Shown here piece after piece: positions 23,255 to 32,000 of a stretch of DNA of 32,000 bases. Numbering within the stretch: position 1 is the first letter of the stretch; each line of letters begins with the position of its first letter. The notes under the pieces were generated by a model, which did not search any database, was not told the origin of the DNA, and saw nothing but the letters and a program-made list of their open reading frames with translations. The DNA comes from Wallemia ichthyophaga EXF-994 (Eukaryota; Fungi; Basidiomycota), in assembly GCF_000400465.1 (NCBI RefSeq), contig NW_008806278.1:90001-122000 (forward strand), read 5' to 3'. Position numbers and translations under genes: made by a program.

Positions 23255-25335
23255 CTATAATAATTGCGATGGTGTGAACACACTCAAGGCCATTTGTGAT
23301 TCTTGGCCATCTTTGTCGACTATCGCATCGACCGGTACATATGTCACATTAGTGGAAACGGCTGTTTGGACTTTATCATGGTGTTAACGAGTTTCTCCAA
23401 GCAATCGCATACTCACCTTTGTCGAAAGTTATGGCTGATGAATAATATAACGTGCAAGCAAGAGCTCTTTCGAGTGTCCCTTTCGAGTACCCCTCATCAA
23501 AGAACTCAAACGATTGCAGTCCATCGTGGGATTGTGCAAGGTGCTTACGAACGATACCCTCGTCTTTGTAAAAGACATCTAAGGTTTCCTCTTTTCTTGC
23601 ACTCTCATCATCGCTATCGTAATCGGTTTGCAGTTGACGATCATTGTACACAAATTGCCATTCGACAGCCGCATCTTTTGGTAATTGAGAGACCGCAACA
23701 TAAATTTGAGCAGGCTCGTGTGTTTCTATACTCAAAAAATCTTCTGAACGCTCCGATGTTGCAACGACAGCTTGGCGTAAAACGCGGCGGCAGATGTTGA
23801 TATAATCCTTTGAAGAGACATAGCAGATGACGCTCTCGGGACGCATAAGCAGTTCGCCATGAGGTATATAAGATGGCGCTTGTCCCTCTGCCACTTTTCT
23901 TGCATGCTGCAAGGAAAGTATTGCCTGTTGGACAACGCCCCCCTCTACCAAAGACAACGTTGACGGCTTGAGTGCTATTTGACCAGAAATGAAATGTCGG
24001 TTGTTGATCGATAAGCACTGGCTGTATGGTCCTATGTTTGCAGGTGCCCAGTATGATAGCCCACGTACATGGAGTGCACTTCTTGACTGGTCAGTGCTAG
24101 CCAGTATCGACATGCTGACTTTGTAGCCATCGCCTAGTGCGGTAGCCACACAAGCTCGCGCTGGTGGTCCACTACGTGTAAAGTATGCAGCGTAGGTTTT
24201 GTTTAGACTTTCAAAATCATTCATGTCGGCTATGTAAACGGATATGAAGATGACGTGCTTATCAAGTTGTAGGTTTTTAGATTGCAGATGTACGCTTGCT
24301 TGTTGCAAGATATCTCTCGTTTGCTCTGCAGTTCCAGCTGTGCTATTGGTTGGATAGAGGTTGGATAAGCTATACCACTTAGATGTCTCCTTCATTGTAG
24401 CCCTTGGTTGGACTTCTTGATCTCTTTGCCGCCGAGAATCTACAACAGGACTGCTTGTAGAAGCGTTGAGATTGCTAAGTTGTATTTCTTGTGATATATC
24501 ATCATACAACTCAGGCTGGACAAGTATTTGAAGGTCATTGCCTTCTTTTGGCTCAAGATGAGCTTTCTTGATACGCAAATATGCTACAGGTGCCGTAGGA
24601 GAAGGATCGTGATAGACAATCTCGGTCTCGTCTCTTTGCCATGTCAAGTTACCATCGTCGCCGGGAAAAGCAAACTCACAGGACGATCCTCTGCTTGTAC
24701 AAGGGGCTGTCTAGCGTGACAGTCTCAAACTCGCCACCCTCGCCGCAGACATGGGCACCGTATAGATTATGCAGCTTGTCGAGTGTTGGTCTGAGCTGTG
24801 CCAATGATTTACCCAGATGACGGTCTGGATCGAGACCAGCGCCGGCAACCTTAATTATAATCGAGGTCTGCTGAGCTGCTACCATTTCATCCAGCAGCTT
24901 ATCTTGCGGTCTCCTCCAAAGATAAGCCAGGACAGTCAAACCAAGTCTACTGCAGACGTGCTCGACGCGCACACGCTGGTAATTAGACAGAATAGCGCCA
25001 ACGCTCACACCCTGCAAATCTGCGTACTTTTCCTTGACTGATTTGAGGAGCTTGTAGAGATCTTCAGTTTCGTCATTTAGAGTCTCTTCGTAGCTGCTGG
25101 ACTGGTTGATCGGAGTGCCCTTAATAACACCCTCAAAGAGCTCTACGCCGAGAGACTGCGCTATAAGCGGCAGAATAGACAATCCAACTGTTTGGAACAT
25201 GTAGCTGTCCATCTCCTCATACGCGTCGCCATTCTTCAAGTTTGCGACTGCGACGAGATGATGGCTGTTCTGCTGACAGTGCAGGAGATTAAAAATTGAG
25301 TCCTTACCACCTGAAATAAGCCCGACGTATTTCAT
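23255..25335 (-). CDS. DPH6: Diphthine--ammonia ligase with C-terminal RidA/YjgF-like domains; exons 25335-24680, 24633-23417, 23370-23255
   Basis: N-terminus MKYVGLISGGKDS, DSYMFQTVG, VSVGAILSNYQRVRVE and HVCGEGGEFET; Rid-like FESLNKTYAAYF..PPARACV and LHVRGLSYWAPANIGPYSQ. Two 46-nt GTGAGT introns. Confidence 0.93.
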
Positions 25336-25350
25336 TCTCTGATCGACGCA

Positions 25351-27090
25351 ATGAGAACGTTTACTCGAAAAGCAATCGCACAGCATATTTTACAAGGTCA
25401 AATTCTGGTGATATTCGATAACAAGGTGCTGCGTTTGAACAGCTGGCTCGATACACACCCCGGCGGTGATCTCGCCATCCTCCACTTTGTCGGCAGGGAC
25501 GCTACCGATGAAATCTCAGCTTATCATGATGACAATACGATAAATACCCTTCTGCCGAGATTTATTGTGGGTGAAGTGGATAAAAGGGATACTGAGCCAT
25601 TTTACCCGCTCACTCCGCCAGTTCAGCTTGGCTGGAGATGCGATAAAGTCGAAGGCGATACCACGCAGGCTTTCGATAAATTTAAGCATGCTGAAGTGGA
25701 CAACGACCGCGTCGCAGTTACGCCCAGCCTCCCAAAATCTAAGTTTGCTTCTATTCCGCTCACAGTCCAAGAGCTGGAGCCACCAAGACCGTCAGACCCT
25801 AATCTGGATGCCCGGAGGCAGCACGAGATCTCTCGGCGCTACCACAAGCTCCACGATCAAGTCAAACGTCGCGGCTTATACACAATACAGCCCGACGCTT
25901 ATCTGTACGAGTGCATACGATATGCCTCTCTCTTGGTGATCTTTGCATGGCTGTACTTCAAGATGGACTGCAAGGTCCTATCAGCGATACCCTTAGGAGT
26001 CTTCTGGCACCAGATCACGTTTGTTGTCCATGATGCCGGTCATTGCGAGATATGGGGATCACAGAAAACGGACAAAACTCTGGCGTGCTTTATAGCTTCG
26101 TATATTGGAGGACTGAGCGCGAATTGGTGGTGTGATGTGAGTATTTTGAACCTTATCGGGATTTAATTAACTTAGATAATCAGAATCACGACATTCATCA
26201 CAGTGAGTTGAGTTGGATTGGTGGCTGACATGCTCACAAACAATCGCAGTCGTTACGAACCATCCCGAACACGACCCTGATATTCAGCACATACCATTCT
26301 TTGCTATCTCAACCAAGTTTTTCAACTCAATGTGGAGCACGTACTACAGGCGAGTGATGGAGTTTGATGCATTCGCCAAGCTGGTTTTACCAATTCAGTG
26401 GGTTACAATATCCTATTGATTCTCCTCTAACAACAGCTCAGACACAACCTATACTATATTGTCATGTCAGTAGCACGCTTCAATCTTTTTGCCTTGTCGT
26501 ACGCCTACCTTCTAACCAAGTCTCGAAACGACTGGTATAGAAATTTCGAGATCGTTGGCGTCAGTGTGTTCTGGACTTGGTATGGAGGTCTCATCAGTCA
26601 CATACCCTCACATTGGGGAAAAATTGGCTTCTTGTTATTGAGCAATATTGCTGCATCACCGGTACACGTCCAGGTGAGTATCTACTTTCAATCTCGATCC
26701 AGCTAAAACTCGCTACAGATTGTGTTGTCACACTTCGCGAGATCGACGGATGACCTCGGATTGACAGAATCGTTCCCACATAGACAATTGCGTACTACAA
26801 TGGACGTTGCGTGTCCTTGGTATCTGGACTTTTTGCATGGAGGACTACACATGCAAGTCTCACACCATCTTTTCCCCCGCATACCGCGCCACAACCTCCG
26901 TGCAGCGCGCGATATGGTAGCGAAGTTTGCGTCTGAAAATGATTTAGAGTACGCAGAGTATGGATTTGTTGCCGGCAATGGACAGGTGCTTGATGTACTT
27001 CGAAATGTCGGCGAACAAGTAAAATTCATGTCTAAAGTGGCAGCGAGCGAGGCGTCACGAAAAGAACACCACACTTCAATTGTACAGTAA
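25351..27090 (+). CDS. SLD1: Cytochrome b5-fused front-end desaturase, most like sphingolipid delta-8 desaturase; exons 25351-26136, 26184-26202, 26250-26397, 26442-26673, 26719-27090
   Basis: HPGG heme motif; His boxes HDAGH, HDIHH and QVSHH; TNHPEHDPDIQH. Four introns (47, 47, 44, 45 nt) keep the frame. The delta-8 assignment rests on recalled similarity to fungal Sld1. Confidence 0.85.
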
Positions 27091-27181
27091 TTTAGATTAA
27101 TTTAGACGGATTTTAAGATATAATTCGCGTTATCCTCCTTGGACATTGACTTTGAGCGCGTCTACACGCAGATAAGAGATA

Positions 27182-30100
27182 ATGCCACCAAAAACGCCAT
27201 CGAGCTCGCAGTCTATGAAGCAGGGCAGCCTGTTCTCCGCTGGGTTCTTTAAGAAGACTCCCACTTCCTCTGCGCCGCCATCTTCATCGCCAATGCATCC
27301 ACCGTCCTCAACAAAGAGAGATGCCATCAAACCAAGTGGGTCTTTCGTGGTAGTGCAGCGATCTCACTGACGCAACAAGACACAGGTAACTCCTCCCCTC
27401 TTGCGCCTCAGTCAGCCGTTCAACACAAGAAAGCAAAAGCAGCTCCAATGTCCCCTTTGAACGAGAGCGCGCATTTAAATAGTGATGAAGATGAGGAGAA
27501 CCAGCAGCCAAAGCGTGCAATAAAGAAGCGTAAGCCGATGGTGATCTCATCTGAAGAAGACGAGCCAGAACAGCCCAAACAAAGGCTCAAGAAGAGAAAG
27601 GAAAGCAACGACGACGATTTCATTGATGATGGCCCTATCGAAATGGATGAGGATGTCGACACCACGCGTAATAACCTGGGTGTTGAAGACTCTGACGACT
27701 TGATCGAGGAGCTGGACTTAGACGCTTTCGAGAAGGCAAAGCCAGCCGCAAAGCAAGCTGCAAAGAAACCGCTAGCTACTACATCCAAGCCTGTCACAGA
27801 GACACCTAAACGTCAAAGTTCTGGTGAAAACAAATCACTCCTGACGAAAGCTGAACGTCAAGCACAACAGACTAAGGCTGCAAAGAAGGATTCAGACTCT
27901 CCATTCATGTTCTTACACCCTCCACGCGACAAATACCAAAACCCAATTGGCCATCCAGACTACGATCCTCACACTCTTTACATCCCGCCAAAATTCTGGA
28001 GCGAGTTTTCTCCATTTGAAAAGCAGTTTTGGGAAATCAAGTCTGACCACTTTGACACAATCCTCTTCTTCCAGAAAGGCAAGTTCTACGAGCTCTACGA
28101 GAACGATGCGATCATTGGACACCGCGAATTCGATCTCAAGCTGACTGAACGCGTGAGAATGTGCATGGTCGGTGTACCGGAGATGTCGTTTGATTTATTC
28201 GCGGCCAAGTTCCTAGCACTAGGTTATAAAGTTGGAAAGGTAGAGCAACGCGAGACTGCAATTGGCATGGATATGCGCAACAAGGCAGATAAAAAGCCAG
28301 CAGGAGCGGCAGCAAAGGGATCTAAATCTGATGATAAGCTTGTGCGTCGTGAATTACGCTCTGTGTTGACAAATGGTACTCTTGTGGATCCGAAAATGCT
28401 TGCAGACGAAGCAGCTTCACATTGTGTATCAATCAAAGAGAATAGTAACAGTCTGGCAAGTAACGTACCTTCCTTTGGACTATGCATTCTTGACGCTAGT
28501 ACTGGTGAATTCAACCTCGCTACTTTCGAAGATGACAAGTCGAGATCAAAATTAGAGACCCTGATTAGACAGCTGCGTCCCAAGGAAATTGTTCATGAGA
28601 AAGGTAATCTGGATCAGCTCACTTTGCGTGTACTGAGGAACATTACGTCAATTTCATGCCTATGGACACCCCTCAACACAGGGAAAGAAGGAATGGATGC
28701 AATTGAAACTATAACAGAGCTTAAAACGCTATTCAAAAAGGGTGTCGAGGATATTGAAAGAGTCAAGCTGCCAGATGCAGTGGAAAGTATCGTCGAGAAT
28801 ACCGAAGCCATCGAATCGTTAGGAAACCTGATGTGGTATCTTCGATCACTCAACCTTGATCGTGATTTGCTGTCTCTTGGGAATTTCAACATATATGATG
28901 CCACACGTGAAGGTCAAGCTATGATCTTAGACGGTAGAACGCTGGCACATATAGAAGTTCTCGTCAATAGTGAAGGTAACGAGGACGACACTCTACTTAA
29001 GCTGCTCAACAGATGTGTTACTCCATTTGGTAAACGTCTTTTCAGGATATGGTTGTGTACTCCTCTGCGCTCGTCAAAGGCGATTAACGAGCGTTTAAAC
29101 GCCGTTGACGATATTATATCCAATCCAGGTTTTACATATGAATTTGACAGTAACGTCAAAGGATTACCAGATCTCGAAAGACTACTGTCCAGAATCCATG
29201 CTATGTCAGTGAGACCTAAGCAGTTTATACAAGTGCTAGGTGCATTCAACAAGATTCAACAAGTCTTCGAAAAGCTAGAAGATGAAGCAAAGGAATTCGA
29301 TTCGCAATCTCTCCGAGCAACGCTGAAATCCATACCCGATTTGAGAGATTATATATCAAATATTGAATCCAAGTTCGATTTGACTGAGGGTGAGACGCTG
29401 ATGCCATGCGATGGTGCAGATGAAGCTTACGAGGAGGCGAAGAAGCTAAACGAAGAGCTAGAGGAAGAGCTCGACGAGATACTTAACAAGTACAGACGTG
29501 AATACAAGACGAAGGGCATAAACTACAAAGATGTGGGAACGAAAGAGATATACTCGATTGAGATGCCAAAAAAGACATCGGTGCCTGCCAATTGGACGAA
29601 GATGTCCTCGACGCAGAAGGTAGACAGATACTGGTCACCAGAAGTTCGTCAGCTCGTACAGAAAGTAAAGGAAGCGCGTGAAACACGCACAACTGCTCTG
29701 GACGACTTTGCTAAGAAGCTCTATGTCGCTTTCGATGCTGATTACAAGACATGGATTGCAGCAGTCAAGGCGTGTGCTGAGATTGATTGCATCAACTCGC
29801 TAGCCAAATCTTCAATTAACATGGAAGAGCCCAGATGCAGACCGAATATCATTGAGTCTAATGAAGCTGTATTGGAATTTGAACAGCTCCGCCATCCGTC
29901 TATGGCATTGAGGAGGGACTTCGTGGCAAATGATGTCAGATTGGGTGGTAAGGATGAGGGAACTATGCTGTTGACTGGTCCTAACATGGCGGGTAAATCC
30001 ACTCTTCTTCGTATGACTGCTGCTGCAGTTATTATGGCGCAGATTGGCTGTTACGTGCCTGCTGAAAGCGCCACTATTGCCCCTGTTGATAGAATTGCTA

Positions 30101-30796
30101 GTAGACTTGGTGCCTATGACAACATGTTTAGTAACTCGTCGACATTTATGGTCGAATTGGCGGAAACGTGGGTATACGAGAAAATGATTTTAGAAGTTCT
30201 GACGCAGCGCACAGCTCGAAGATAATCAACGAGACTACGCCGAAGAGCTTGCTTATTTTAGATGAGCTGGGAGTGGGTCGCGCTGTGAGACATTTTTATC
30301 GACTAACGCCGCCCAATAGAGGGGTACTTCTACGACTCAAGGTATTGCCATTGCTAGTGCGGTACTACAGCACATCGCCTCATTCTTGGGATGCTGTCTT
30401 TTCTCCACCCACTACTCAAGTCTTGGCGACTTTGGATCGACTCACCCAAATATCAAATCATGCCACATGGCTTCCGAGGTGAATAGTGAAAAGAGGGAAA
30501 TTAGATTCCTTTACAAGCTCGTAAATGGGGTAGCGCTGGACAGCTATGGACATCATGTTGCCAAATTGGCCGGTGTGCCACTGCCTGTAGTCGTACGGGC
30601 CGAGCAGGTTGCAACAGAGTACACGGAAGCGAACAAGCTCGAACAGCAGAAAGCAGAAGCTAACAGACACAAGACAATGCCACTGGCCTCTCAATCAGAC
30701 TTTGCAACAGCGATTAGACTCGCCAAAGCAGCAAAGGGGTTGACGTTTAAAGACAGACGAAATCTCAAATTCATAAGCGAAGCCAACAGTCAGTGA
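27182..30796 (+). CDS. MSH6: DNA mismatch repair protein Msh6; exons 27182-27335, 27386-30167, 30215-30272, 30320-30796
   Basis: Mismatch-binding FFQKGKFYELYENDA (Phe-X-Glu), FEKQFWEIK, Walker A GPNMAGKST, Walker B ILDELG|RGTS and THY. Three introns (50, 47, 47 nt). Confidence 0.96.
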
Positions 30797-30935
30797 GATT
30801 TCAGCATACCATTCCAGGAAGATCAACAAATTAGCAAAGAAGTCTTGTAATTCTCAGAAGATATAGCAAATTCTTTCCATAAAAACGACATACAAAAAAA
30901 GATAGAAGGATTAGTGGGGTGGTATAGAACTCAGA

Positions 30936-31588
<653 letters not shown>

Positions 31589-31625
31589 TTCGTTAGTGAG
31601 CGCACTTATTCAACAATCAACCGAA

Positions 31626-32000
31626 ATGGATCAGGATGAGTTTAAAATTGCGCAAAACAACTCAGATGACAGCGATGAGAATGATAGCGCTGAGGATGAA
31701 GTACCGGACTATCGCCAGCTGGCCAGCTTCACGAACCGCAAATCAAAAGAGACGTACATTCCGCGCAGAGGTGAAAAGGAGTTCGAGCCATCTGGATTGA
31801 AAATACAACAGAAAGCTCTTGATGAATCTAGAGATGCCATGTTCAACGCTATAGACGGCGTACGCCAGTCGTCAAACAAGAACATTAGCATTGGTTTGTG
31901 GTCGAATGCACACAGCAGAGCTAGCATAATTATACAGAGAGGCACACATTTCTCTTCTATAGGTCATCCAGTGAGAAATACACCGTCTAAGAGGGAAGGT
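31626..32000 (+). CDS. SEN54: tRNA-splicing endonuclease subunit Sen54, 5' partial (runs off the window)
   Basis: Open frame from ATG 31626: MDQDEF..acidic..IPRRGEKEFEP..QQKALDESRDAMFNAI..RGTHFSSIG, matching the recalled Sen54 N-terminal pattern PKRGEKDFEP...SRxAM...GxHF. Not in the ORF track because there is no stop in the window. Confidence 0.8.
   Translation, partial: MDQDEFKIAQNNSDDSDENDSAEDEVPDYRQLASFTNRKSKETYIPRRGEKEFEPSGLKIQQKALDESRDAMFNAIDGVRQSSNKNISIGLWSNAHSRASIIIQRGTHFSSIGHPVRNTPSKREG

Noticed and set aside
23255-24633. Novel fusion of an ATP pyrophosphatase with RidA domains
   Set aside because: This is the established architecture of fungal Dph6.
25336-25386. DPH6 N-terminal extension from the ORF-track start at 25386
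   Set aside because: It is a non-ATG start overlapping the desaturase CDS. Homologues begin at MK(F/Y)xxLISGGKDS.

Overview
Eukaryotic, not prokaryotic. This is a very compact fungal genome segment; intron style and protein sequences suggest a basidiomycete, and the compactness suggests a Wallemia-like organism (inference). Splicing by hand across 28 GT-AG introns of 44-56 nt joins the fragmented ORF track into 13 genes. In order: YRB1/RanBP1 (+), mitochondrial bS18m (-), PRP8 (+, no intein), a PTR2/POT peptide transporter (+), an intronless Gfo/Idh/MocA oxidoreductase (+), an unknown mitochondria-targeted protein (-), a large unknown protein (-), a SUN-domain protein (+), DPH6 (-), a cytochrome b5-fused sphingolipid delta-8 desaturase (+), MSH6 (+), calmodulin (-, three short internal exons) and the 5' part of SEN54 (+, absent from the ORF track). 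The most striking feature is architectural. All four head-to-head pairs of intact genes have only 15, 37, 52 and 6-or-57 bp between their start codons, so promoters and 5' UTRs must lie inside the neighbour's coding sequence, or the mRNAs are nearly leaderless. Three looser gaps (1-1177, 12268-13319, 15489-16970) may hold decayed genes. No rRNA, tRNA, CRISPR array or recognisable transposon was found.
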